Below are positions 51,400 to 64,000 of a stretch of 64,000 nt of DNA, in pieces (within the stretch, counting starts at the first letter, position 1; each line of letters begins with the position of its first letter). The notes under the pieces were generated by a model. That model was not told the origin of the DNA, did no database searches, and saw only the letters and a list, made by a program, of their open reading frames with translations. Origin of the DNA: Eledone cirrhosa (Eukaryota); assembly GCA_964016885.1 (NCBI GenBank), contig OZ024742.1:55118001-55182000 (forward strand), read 5' to 3'. The position numbers were made by a program, and so were the translations under genes.

Positions 51400-54060
51400 A
51401 GTTAAAACAGTAAACAAAAACAAAGCGAAGAGTGCAGTACAAAGTGTTAGTATTAGGTTCACGCTTGAGAGTGTGGGGTGGGGATAACGGTTCGGGCATA
51501 AGCCCTTCATCAGGAGAAAAGTGGGCAGGAAAAGAGTTCCGAGGGTGTGAGAGGGAATGGTGGAAAAACATTAAAAGAGGAGGAAAAAATTAAACTGAGG
51601 GTAAAAAAATTAAAATGAAAGAAATGGTGAAAGAGTGGTAGGCTTATGGGGAGGGGGGGTCCGAGCGGGGAGGGCGGGAGGTGGTGTATGTGTAGGTGTG
51701 TAGGTGTACATGTGTGTGTATGTGTGGATGTGAGTGTGAGAGTTTGGGGAAGAATGAGGTTCCATGTTCGGGTAATAGGGAAATCAGTGTGTACATGGGG
51801 GTGGGGTGCAAGTCAGTGTGGATGGAGAGGGGTCAAAGGGGTGGAGGAGAGGTGGCGTGCGGAGTCCGGAGGCCGAGTGTGTGTATGTGAGGATACGTAC
51901 GTGTGTGTGTGTTTTTGTATGGTGTGGATGTATGGTTGCGTGTGTGCGAAAATAGTGTAAGTGTTTGTGTATGTGTTCTTGGATGTTTTCCCGCAGTATA
52001 TAGGAATGGATGTTGAAAATTCCGAGTATAGCAGGGTGGATACCTAGAGCGGTGGACCAGTGGTGTAGAATCCTTGGCAGTGTATTAAGGAAGTAGAGAG
52101 TTGTGGGGTGTGCGCGTAACAGGAAGTGTTTAGAGGGTCAAGGCCGGGCGAAGGATGTGGACGGTGGAAGGAGATAGCAGTAGGAAGGAGACAAGCAGAC
52201 TGTGGTAGGGAGGAAGGCAGAAGGACAGGTGTTAGAGATGGTCTGTATGTGGTGTGGAATGCGTGTATGCGTGTGCGGATGTACAGTGCACAGGGGAGGG
52301 GTTGGGTATGTGTGAAATGATGAGGGTGGCGGTGTTTGGGAGTTTGTGTGTATATTAGTGGAGGTGTTAGTGGGATGTGTGTGTGGAGGAGGGGGTAGTG
52401 CGGTAGTGATAGGGGGAGAGGGTAGGGATGTTAGTATTATTAGTTGTGGGGTGGGCCAAGGGGATGGAGGGATGATTGAAAGAGGAGGAGACGGTGAAAG
52501 TTGGGAGTGTTTTAGTGGTGTTAATAGGGGGGTGTAGAGGGAAGGGGACGCTAAAGGAAGAGGGGTGGGGAGTTCAGGCCGGGGTGTGTGTGGGTCTGTA
52601 GGGTGAAGATGGTGTGTTCCTCGACGCTAAAGCGGGCCACCCGGGGGTCCCATGGCATTCGATCAGGCCACAGACGGTGAGGTAGTGGGCGGAGTGTCTT
52701 GGGGAACCAAAGTGGTGGGCGATGGGGGAACTCCCGCCAAGATAAATATCTCGGAAGTGCTCTGTGAACCGATCCGCCAGGCGATGTCCGGTCTGTCCGA
52801 CGTAGGTTGGAGAGGTGCAGCGGAAGGCATGACGGACATAGAGAGAATGGCCGTTGGGACCCTGGAAGGTTGTGGTGTTGCTGATGTAGATGCGGCAGTG
52901 AGGTCTGGTGCAGGGAACGGAACCAGGGGGGGGGGGCTTGAAGGATGGGAGGGGCGAGGATGGGAAGATGGGGGATGGAGTGGCCGGCCTGGAGGCGGCG
53001 GAAGAGGCGGAGGTTGGTGCGGTGGAGGGGTAGGGTGAAGGGATAGTAGGTGAGGGGGAAGATGAGACGGTGTGTGGTGCGTGGGGGGCGTGGGGTGAGT
53101 GCGGTGGAGAGGTGGACTGCGCGGGCTTGAGAGAGGGTGGCGTGGACGAGGGGAGGGGCGAGGGTGCCCTCTCCGGATGAAATGGCGAACCAGAGACAGA
53201 GGCAGCGGTTCCGGAGGAGTTGGGAGTAGGAAATGGAGTGTTTGGTGTGAGGTTGGGAGGAGGTGAAGTCGAGGTACGAGTGGGAGTTTGGAGCCGGTGG
53301 GTTTGAAGTAGGCGGAAGTGACGAGGGAGCGGTGGGAGGGGTTGATACGACGGAGATGTCCAAGAAGTGGACGTAGGTGGTGGAGATGGAGGAGGTGACG
53401 TGGAGGGAGGGGTGTATGGAGCAGAAGAAGGAGAGAAAGGAGTCAAGCTGTCCTCGGTCGTGGCTCCGGGCGGGGGAAGGTGTATTGGGCAAAGATTTCG
53501 GCCTCAACATGGCCAACGCAAAGGTTGTCATAGTTGGGGCCCATTCTTGTGCCCATGGTTACCCCAGTAACCTGCTGGTAAAACTGACACGAGAAAGAGA
53601 AGCAGGTAAGGATAAGGACCAGCTCGATGATGCGAAGGAGGGTGGAGAGGAGGGGGGAGGAGCGAAGGTCCGTGTAGTGCCAGAAGGCGCGTAGGCCGTC
53701 GGCGTGGGGGAAGACGGTGTAAAGTGACTTAATGTCTAGGGTAAAGAGGAGGAGGTGTGGGCTGGGTGGGAAAGTGAGGGAGTCAAATAGGTGAAAGGCG
53801 TGGTTGGTGTCGGAGACGTGGCTGGGGAGGGCGGGGACGAGAGGGGCGAGGATGGAGTCGAGAAAGGCGGAGATTAGTTCAGTGGGGCAGTTGCAGGCGG
53901 AGACGATAGGGCGGCCTGGGTTGTCGGCCTTGTGGATCTTGGGGAGGAAGTAGATGGTGGGGATGCAGGGATGCGGACGATGAGGTGGGAGGCGGTGGGA
54001 AGGAGGAGGGAGGAGGAGACGAGGTGTTGGATGGTGGAGGAAACTTGTTGTTGGTAGAGG
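51400..54060 (-). mobile_element. GC-rich Penelope-like element (degenerate RT, GIY-YIG remnant, long 3' UTR with hammerhead)
   Basis: YFLPKIHKADNPGRPIVSAC, LDIKSLYT, GVTMGTRMGPNY, FLDIS, YVGQTGHRLADRFTEH, PGLN. Confidence 0.88.
51483..51515 (-). ncRNA. Minimal hammerhead of the GC-rich PLE (GAAA mutated to GAAC)
   Basis: Minus strand: tc-CTGATGA-a gggc ttat gccc-GAAC-cgtta. Confidence 0.55.
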
Positions 54061-55484
54061 GAATATCAACAAATACCATAGCATGAAAACGGATACCGGA
54101 TATACAATCAGTATTTATCTTTCAAACACTTTTAAAACTAATAAATATGCGATGGTGTTACTTATACATTTAGGTACATAAGAATCTGATTTCTTTTTAA
54201 TTTGTTAATGATGAGGAGAGTGCTGGATAACTTCAATATAACATTCGTAGTTGCATTTCCTTTCATAAATGACGTGATACAAATTATGTGTTGGAAATTA
54301 AATGGTGCCATCTTTCCAGGGGTAAGAGGAAATTGCCAGGGATAATCATTTCTAATTTCCTGGAAAGGGATTGGCTCTACCAGCTATACAATTCTTGAGA
54401 ATCCGGGTCCTTACCATTGAAGATTTTAAGTCTACAGATACATGCAATACACACTATGCTATACAAATCTATATTATTCTGATACAAATATGTTTTACTA
54501 ATAGACGCCAAAAGTTACATATAAGTATATTCTTTTATATTTTTACTTGCTTCATTCATTTGTTTGCGACATGTTGGGTCTCATCTTTCAAGGAATTTAG
54601 TGGAAATCAAACCCAGTACTTATTTCAGTGATCAATTTCTCTGTGTTGTATGCCATACATCATTTCACAAACTTCCTAGACCTTCACTGAATATTTCAAT
54701 AACATTTTAATACAGTCTTTAAGAAATATAATAATTGTTCATATTTCGAAGATCAAAGTTTCAACAATAATGATTCTGAAATAACATTCGATTCGACACG
54801 AAAATTTACTTTACGGAAAATGTGGTGGAAGAGCAAATTCATACAATATCGCAAAAGTATGAAGTAAAATAAATAGAAAACCCATTTCCCATCTATTTTA
54901 TTTTTGATAAGTTTTATATCGAGAGAAATAACAATTTCGTTTAAGATGTTCGTAGGACATTTTTATAAATACTTACAACATATGTTTATGACTATTTTGA
55001 ATGAAGGTTATAGAAAATGTAATATAAGGAAAATATGAATTGAACATACCGTAATTGAAATGATATTAGCCTTACCATATAATTGTTTTCCTCTCTTTAA
55101 AATAGTAATACCTCCTATACGATGTGTGTAAATACGTGCATTAAGAAGTTCACTTTCAAAATCACCATTAGCATCTTTCTCTACAGACATTTATATCGAA
55201 CTTTGATATATTCTCAGTCACCACTATCTATTGATTCATTTCTCTTGTTATGTTTTCCTGTCATTTTCTCCTCGATCTATGCAATCCATTTTCAATATGA
55301 AGTGTATTTCTTTTAGTGTTCACCTTTATTACTTAAATTACTGTATATAATGCATTCCTTACACTGCTTCCTTCACTGTCACTATTGCAAAATAACTTAA
55401 TTACTACCATAAGGTTGTCTATCATTTCTCGAAGCAACAGACCCCTCCACTCCCACACGTACACGTATACGCAGCCACATATAT

Positions 55485-55553
<69 letters not shown>

Positions 55554-55605
55554 AAGAATAGATAGACAGAGAGAGTTAGATAGATAAAGGTAGAGAGAAA
55601 GATGA

Positions 55606-55642
<37 letters not shown>

Positions 55643-56288
55643 CAGATAGATAGATAGATAGTTAGATAGATAGATAGATAGATATGTATACATAGGGAAA
55701 TATCACTATTATCTTTATTATATTTTACATGAATAAAGCTTATTTTATATGCAATACATTATGTCAATCAGGCTTTTTTAATACATTTGTTGAAAGGAAA
55801 ATACTGTGTATTTATAATAGAAACGTTGTTAAAACGAATGGATAAGAAATATTAAAACATGTTTCTGCGCTCAAGGTTGAAGATGATTTCAAAAATGGAT
55901 CAGGCTTCAGCATGGCATTGGTTTCTGTGTTTCCGATATGCAGAAATTAATGTTGATCATTCATGATTACTCGTGGCTTGGTTTAGCGTAGCGAGCCTTA
56001 CATTGTGAGATGTTAGTTTCACTCAATGACATCTACTGTTCTCGTCGTTTGGTAATGTTACGTAGAGAACATTAAATGCCACTGACTTCAACTGACTACA
56101 GTAAACACTTTGGAGCTCACCCGTTCATCGAAATATTTCGCTTAAAATGGTGATGTATGTAATGAAATGTCCTGAGACATGCATGTCATCCGTGGCAGCT
56201 GTATATGTACATATGTGATTAATTACACACAGACACACGCACACACACACACACACAAATACACACCCTCATATATTTTGTTCGCAGC

Positions 56289-56347
<59 letters not shown>

Positions 56348-56846
56348 AACACGATTCAACAAAATTACACACATACGCTCACACACACACACATGTATAT
56401 ATATGTATATATATGTATATATATATATATATAGTGACAATAAGAATTACAGCTGTTTTTAAACTTTATTTCATATTACAATTTGTTTCTATATCGATAA
56501 GCCCGCATGAGATCATGTAATGGGTTCCCGACTCTTAATCGACACTTCATCTGATATGTGAGTTTACATGGGTGGTGCCACATTGTTGATATATGTCCAG
56601 TGTACATTTTATATACATATAATTGGGTTATGGTTGATGGGAGACACATGACTAGGTAGGTGATCGATAGTGGTTTTCAATGTGATAGAGGTGATGAAAG
56701 GTAAAGTTTTATAAAAAATTGTATTTGGGATGTTGCATAACATTTTCTTTAGATGAAATTATAAATATCAAAATTGGGAAGCAAAAGTTACCCACCTAGT
56801 AACATATATATATAGAAGTGGTTACACAACAGTTAGTACACCATAC

Positions 56847-56884
56847 CGAGAACAATTGTTTCACCTTACCGGACCCTCAGCTCG
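56847..56884 (-). ncRNA. Hammerhead motif related to 18813-18852 (core CUGAGGG)
   Basis: Minus strand: cgag-CTGAGGG-tccggtaaggt-GAAA-caattg-TT-ctcg. Confidence 0.55.
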
Positions 56885-57069
56885 TAATCATATATATATA
56901 TATATACATTAAAATATATGATAAACACGAAACGTGTTTACATTGCAACAGACAAAGTTAGCTATTAATGAAATAAACTAATTAATGTATTTAACTGCTC
57001 GGAAAAGCCCCTTTTCCTGGAGCTTAATTATTGTAAACGACTGAGAGTTTATTCTCAAAATATAATATA

Positions 57070-57176
<107 letters not shown>

Positions 57177-57290
57177 CAGTCATAATGCTTCCATATATGA
57201 AATGCAGAAATAATAAGTTATTATTGTATCCAATTTATTACACACACACACACACACGCACACACACACATACACACACACACACACACG

Positions 57291-57346
<56 letters not shown>

Positions 57347-57368
57347 GTAGCTTCACATCATGTCTCCC

Positions 57369-57438
57369 TATTTTATCTGATGAAAACGCAAATATCATCA
57401 CATGATGATAATTTTTTTGAAACGCGCTTAATAAAATA
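57369..57438 (+). ncRNA. Type I hammerhead, solo PLE terminus of the 16811 family
   Basis: tattttat-CTGATGA-...tatcat cac atgat...-GAAA-cgcgct-TA-ataaaata. Confidence 0.7.
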
Positions 57439-57468
57439 CATGGAACTCTTTTAACCATCTTTTGATTT

Positions 57469-57576
<108 letters not shown>

Positions 57577-57690
57577 GGAAAAATGTAATTTCATTTCTCA
57601 CTCTTAATACGGCTGATACATACTTATATTTATATATATATATATATATACGATATTAATAAATGGAAACTATATTTATAAAACCATATT

Positions 57691-57755
57691 TATTTCATTA
57701 TACATATTTCAGGGATACCACATTAAATTATGGTATGCCTTCATCAGACAAAATA
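57691..57755 (-). ncRNA. Type I hammerhead (canonical core)
   Basis: Minus strand: tattttgt-CTGATGA-aggc atacca...tggtat ccct-GAAA-tatgta-TA-atgaaata. Confidence 0.7.
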
Positions 57756-58212
57756 CAATATATAACAGTTTTACAAATAGCTTTGACATACCCTTTTAAA
57801 ATGCAAACATTACTTTTGGAGGCTGTCTGGATAGTGATTTGTTTATACTATTTTAATAAGTCATAGTGTTAAGCACAATTAGAAAAAGACGGAGAGAAAG
57901 AAAAAAAAGAAAAAAGACGGAGAGAGAGAAAGAAAACCTGGAGAAATATCGGAGAGAGAGAGAAATGTATGGAGAAAAGAAAGAGATAAATAAAGATAGG
58001 AGGAAATATAAAAGAAAGAAAAAAGGAAGAAATAAGAAAAACAAAGGAAAGCAACAGAGAGATATCAAGTCATCATACAGATAGAAAAACTGAAGAAAGA
58101 GGAATACTATATAGAGAGAGGGGGAGACAATGATAACTTTACGGCATGTCGAGTGCTTTATATCAGTTATAAAAATATTTACTTGTTGTATCCCAACTTT
58201 AAATAGAACTTT

Positions 58213-58260
<48 letters not shown>

Positions 58261-58264
<4 letters not shown>

Positions 58265-58566
58265 AATATAGATGAGATTCTACAGGACTAGAACTGTTTC
58301 ATTCTTTTGAAATCATCAGGAATCTGGGTATCAAAAAATAAATATGGTATTTATAGGTCTCTTCAGGTAGGTGGAGGAGGTGGGGAGTGGGATGGGTAGA
58401 GGTCATTGGTTGATAGAAAAGGGAATTCATTAAAGGCTAATTCTTTAAAGCTATAATGTATATTTAGAGTAACAAAGGCAGAAATAATTCTATAAACAAT
58501 TTCAGAATGGGGTGCCACACCTTATTTCTAAGTTTCTCTTAAGCTAACAAGGCCTATATTTCAGGT
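58261..58566 (-). repeat. PLE-type terminal repeat with a hammerhead (58275-58325, minus); inverted partner at 63106-63411
   Basis: Reverse-complement match over ~305 bp; same ribozyme as 9116-9162. Confidence 0.85.
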
Positions 58567-60108
58567 GTCTATAAGATCGTTGGAACTCACTGGATGCTGG
58601 ATATGTGCCAGAAAACCTTCTATCCCAGTCTGTTGTCCCAGTTTTCAAAAAAGGAAACAAATCCCTTGCCGTGAATTACCGTCCAATCTCACTCACCTCT
58701 CATATCATTAAGGTATTTGAGAGAGTGGTGAGATCGCGAATGACCCACTTCCTTGAGAGTAACAATATGCTGAACTCCAACCAGCATGGATTCCGTAATG
58801 GAAGGGATTGCCTGACGCAGCTACTGCATCACTTTGATGACATTTTGAGAGCCTTGGGAGAGGGTTCCAACACTGATGTTATCTACCTTGATTTCAGCAA
58901 GTCCTTTGACAGGGTTGATCACAACATTCTACTGTGAAAGCTGTCCAATATTGGTGTCACTGGAAAGCTGCTGCAGTGGATCAAGAGCTACCTGTCAAAC
59001 AGAACCCAATATGTTGTAGTCGAAGGAGTAAAATCCAGCCCAGCCAAAGTCAGTAGTGGGGTCCCACAAGGCACTGTGTTGGGCCCACTTCTCTTCATCA
59101 TCTATATTAAGGACATCACTGACATCATCAATCACAGCAAAATTAGAATTTTCGCTGATGATTCCAAGCTCCAAAAGGTCATCAATGGCGTGGATGACCG
59201 GATAAGCCTTCAGTCAGACCTACTGGCTGTTACCCAATAGGCGGAAAAGAACAACATGTTACTGAACGAAGACAAATTCGAACTGATCCACTTTGGAAAA
59301 GAGGATGCTCTGAAACTCCCGTACTCCCTTCCCTCCGGTGAAACTCTCGTGGCATCTAACAACATCAGAGACTTGGGAGTAACCGTGGACCACGCATATA
59401 AGCAGCAAAGTTGACATGGCCCGCAGAATGTGTTCCTGGATCCTCAGAACCTTCCAGTCGAGAGATTCCCACACCATTATCCTTCTCTTCTCCACTTTTG
59501 CCCGACCACACCTTGAATACCGTTGTCCACTGTGGTCTCCCCACACGAAACTAAGTATCATGAAACTTGAAGCTCCCCAAAGGGCAATCACGAAAAAGAT
59601 AGATGGCATGTCAGACCTTGACTACTGGGGTCGACTAGAAAACCTGAAACTTTACTCTCTCCAACGTCGCCGTGAGTGTTATATTATCTGCATGATGTGG
59701 AAAATGTTTCATCAGCACTGCCCAAATGATGTTGGCATCACCTTCAAAATACACCCAAGGCTTGGGCCCCGTGCTATCCGTCCCAAACAAAAATCTAAAT
59801 CGCAACACATAACAACAATACGGCACAATTATTTCACCTCAATTGGCCCTGCTCTCTTCAACATCACACCAGGACACGTCAAAACGGAAACTAACCACAC
59901 AAAATTCAAGAAGTCTTTGGACAAATTCCTCCAAGTAAACCCGGACAAACCACCCACACCCGGATATGTCTCCGCAAACAGTAATCCTCTTCTCGAATGG
60001 GCCATGTTGCCCAAATCCTGAGTTGAAAGACTTCGCGAGGTGGTGCTATTAAGTTAGACATGGCCTGGGCCAATACTGGCCAAAACATTTCAAAGTTATT
60101 CAAAGTTA
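58567..60108 (+). mobile_element. CR1-group LINE, 5'-truncated and degenerate
   Basis: VPVFKKG...NYRPISLTS, QHGFR, YLDFSKSFDRVDH, GVPQGTVLGPLLF, FADDSK, LKLYSLQRRR; short tandem tail ttcaaagtta x2. Confidence 0.9.
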
Positions 60109-60212
60109 TATATATGTGTATGTATTTGTGTATATGTGTGTGTGTCTATATATATATGTATGTGTGTATGTTTGTGTGTATGTGTATGTGTGTATATATA
60201 TATATATGTATA

Positions 60213-60283
<71 letters not shown>

Positions 60284-60286
<3 letters not shown>

Positions 60287-61658
60287 AAAGAGAAAACACA
60301 GGTAAGCATTAAGAGAAGGATTTTATCCAGGTATTTACGACCGTTTCATTGGTAAGTGCAACCTTATATTGCTATACTGCAAATAGCAGCCACTCAATTA
60401 TAATTGTTGTTCACAGTCCAAATTTTCAAAATAGTAAGTTGCTCTTGAAATAATTCTTAATATATAGAGAAAAACATTTATTTGGAATTGTATTTACTAG
60501 TATAGAGAGAGAGGAATCAGGATGTGAGGGGACAGACGGCCAAATATATATAGAGAGAAAGGGGGTAGAGGTAGGAAGTAGAATGACAAACTGAGATGGA
60601 GGGAGGGGTAGAGGTGGAAGGATTTTTTGGTCAGTTTTGATAGCAGACATCATGTCGTGGAGTGTAGTGAGTTAAAGGGAATTAAATAGATAATAGTGGG
60701 AAGGATGGATAGAGAGGGAGAGAGGGGGGGGGGGGGATATAAAGATATATATATATATATATATACACAGACACACACATATTTACAACAATAACAATAC
60801 AATTACCACCGAACACAACAGAATATCTAATACACAACCACCCGCTAATAGGCAAACAAAACGTAACACACTTGTTCAGCCATCGTAGCCCACAAATAAT
60901 GCCAAAGTTGCCCATAACAAGAAATGTAACTGCCACCTACCTGAAACCTGTCCATTACAATATGAATGTATGCAGTCTAACCTGGTTTACAAATGCACAG
61001 TGGAATCAGACAACCAGAAATGGTATTACATCGGAGCAACTGGGAATACATTTAAAGCTCGTTGGTATACACACCGTTACGCAATGAAACATTCCCAGCA
61101 CCGTTATGTAACTACCCTTGCAAACAAGACCTGGCAACTGAGGGAAAGTAACCATCAATACACCCTGAAGTGGAAAAAATTATCGAACGCGCCCCCATAT
61201 CGGAGTGGTATGAGAAGCTGTCGATTATGCGACCTTGAGCCGTTCCACATCTTAAGTTCGAAGAATAGGTTACTCAACAATAAAATTGAGAGGTCAATTT
61301 ATTGTAACCATAGACTCAAAGAGAAGTTTTTGCACTACAAATCGAACTCTTAACCTTTTACTACCAACTGACAAACTGCATATACTTAGACTTTATACCC
61401 TCTTATATCTAAACCCTTTAATTACCCACAAAACCAATCCATATACCCCCCTCTTCCCCCTCATTCCTCTTCTATATCTTCGTTTTCTACCTTCCCCCTT
61501 CTTGGCTATCTTTCCTTTTCTTCTTTCTCGCCCCCTTCTTTGCTTTTATTTTTGTCATTATTATCTGGGTATTTGCTGGCCTTGTGCCTAAAATAGAAAC
61601 AATTATTATCTTTATTTTTATTTTTTATATATATATATATATGTGTATGTATGTGTAA

Positions 61659-61734
<76 letters not shown>

Positions 61735-62207
61735 CTCTTTATATCTCCCCCCCCCTCTCTCCGTCTCTATCCATCCCTCCTACTATTATCTATTTAATTC
61801 TCTTTAACTCACTACACTCCAAGACATGATGTCTGCTATCATAACTGAACAAAGAATCCTTCCACCTCTACCCCTCCCACCATCTCAGTTTGTCATTCTA
61901 CTTCCTACCTCTACCCCCTTCCTCTCTCTCTATACTATGCCGTCTGTCCCCTCACATCCTGATTCCTCTCTCTCTCTCTCTCTCTCTATACTAGTAAATA
62001 CAATTCCAAATAAATGTTTTTCTCTATATGTTAAGAATTATTTCAAGAGTAACTTACTACTTTGAAAATTTGGAGTGTGAACAACAATTATAATTGAGTG
62101 GCTGCTAGTTGCAGTATAGCAATATAAGGTTGCACTTACCAATGCAATGGTCGTAAATACCTGGATAAAATCCTTCTCTTAATGCTTACCTGTGTTTTCT
62201 CTTTTAT
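60284..62207 (+). mobile_element. Penelope-like GIY-YIG fragment inside ~470-bp inverted repeats
   Basis: ORF 60970-61353 LVYKCTV...YYIGATGNTFKARWYTH...CRLCDLE. 60284-60750 is the reverse complement of ~61735-62207. Confidence 0.85.
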
Positions 62208-62342
62208 ACTTTATACTCCAAGATTGAACGGAATTCTTACAAACTTGTGGAGTTACCCCTAACCGTACGTTGAAACCATCCATGAAACTGGCTTTTTTAA
62301 CCAAAAACTGGATCACAATAAGCGATTTTTGGCTTCTCTAAC

Positions 62343-62877
<535 letters not shown>

Positions 62878-63346
62878 ATGTGTGTGTTGGTGCGCGTGTG
62901 TATATGTGTGTGCGTCTGTGAATCTGTCTGTTGACACCTGGAATATAGCTTAAGAGAAACTTGAAGATAATAGTATGATAGGCACTCAATATTTTGAACT
63001 GGTCTATAGAATTCCCTAGACCTTTGTCATTCTAACTAGAACTTTAAAGAATTAGCTTTTCTTTAAATCCATCAACCATGACCGACCCCCAAAAATCTCA
63101 TAGAAACCTGAAATATAGGCATTGTTAGCTTAAGAGAAACTTAAAAATAAGGAGTGGCACTCCATTCTGAACTTGTTTATAGAATTCTTTCTGCCTTTGT
63201 TACTCTAAATATGAATAATAGCTTTAAAGAATTAGCCTTTAATGAATTCCATTTTCTATCAACCAATGACCTCTACCCATCCCACTCCCCACCCTCTCCT
63301 GCTACCGGAAGAGACCTATAAATACCATATTTATTTTTTGATACCC

Positions 63347-63397
63347 AGATTCCTGATGATTTCTAAAGAATGAAACAGTTCTAGTCCTGTAGAATCT
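63347..63397 (+). ncRNA. Type I hammerhead (canonical core)
   Basis: agattc-CTGATGA-tttctaaagaat-GAAA-cag...ctg-TA-gaatct. Confidence 0.8.
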
Positions 63398-63478
63398 CAT
63401 CTATATTAAAACTTTTATACTCTGCTATGTACCTTACTTACTGTGGTTACCTCCGATTCAACCCGGAATAACGTACGT

Positions 63479-63592
<114 letters not shown>

Positions 63593-63721
63593 ATACTTTG
63601 GGAGGGTCATGTTTCCAATAAGAAACACACGCACCATTGCTTTCACTTCAATTTATTATAATGAATTTATAAATTTCCTGTTGGTTGGTTGGTTCCACAA
63701 CCAGATGGTTGTTTATATATT

Positions 63722-63764
63722 GTCAAAGTTCTTTCGTCACACATTATGTGACCTCTTCAGTAAC
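63722..63764 (-). ncRNA. Hammerhead motif (core CUGAAGA)
   Basis: Minus strand: gtta-CTGAAGA-g-gtcaca taatg tgtgac-GAAA-gaac-TT-tgac. Confidence 0.6.
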
Positions 63765-64000
63765 TAGGGGTTCTTTTCTTTGTTTTTTGTGCCTCTCCTT
63801 TGTTCTGTCCTACGCCATCTTGTTTTTGTGTGTGTATTGTGTGCTTAATTTGCGCAATGTGTTACATCCGGGTGTCTGTGTGTGTTTATACTCGTTTATT
63901 TATTTGTTTATTTACATGTTACTGGTTGGTTGTTTGTTCTATGTGCGTGTGTGTTTTCATTTTGTCCTTAATTGTAAGCTGTGATGTTGCTGTTCCACTC

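Noticed and set aside
52574-53446. 290-aa Pro/Ser-rich ORF as a host extensin- or mucin-like gene
   Set aside because: It is an alternative frame of the C-rich Penelope element, and its C-terminus enters the GIY-YIG remnant.
55070-55190. Possible minus-strand exon (EKDANGDFESELL...QLYG followed by gtaagg)
   Set aside because: Weak acceptor and no recognisable homology; cannot be supported without RNA-seq.

Overview
Gene-free, extremely repeat-rich animal DNA. The (TA)n/(CA)n/(TAA)n microsatellite load and the TE set suggest an invertebrate, possibly a cephalopod; this is inference. I found no host protein-coding gene, rRNA, true tRNA gene or CRISPR array. The window is a retroelement graveyard with six components: (1) L1/Tx1-like LINE remnants; (2) a 15-kb cluster (27-42 kb) of two R4/Dong-like RT+REL non-LTR families sitting in (TAA)n tracts, including one nearly intact 1216-codon copy with a highly structured, pseudoknotted 5' UTR; (3) at least five Penelope-like elements (PLEs), several with inverted repeats; (4) CR1-like and RTE-like fragments; (5) a tRNA-headed SINE whose 3' end resembles that of the L1/Tx1 LINE; (6) many fold-back palindromes. 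The most striking unannotated signal is about 20 type I hammerhead-ribozyme motifs from many unrelated repeat families. They include cores with the compensatory U3-A8 pair, a covarying stem II, retrozyme-like ~320-420 nt units, and palindromes whose turn-points fall inside or beside the ribozyme. All structures were read by eye, and coordinates of degenerate elements are approximate.
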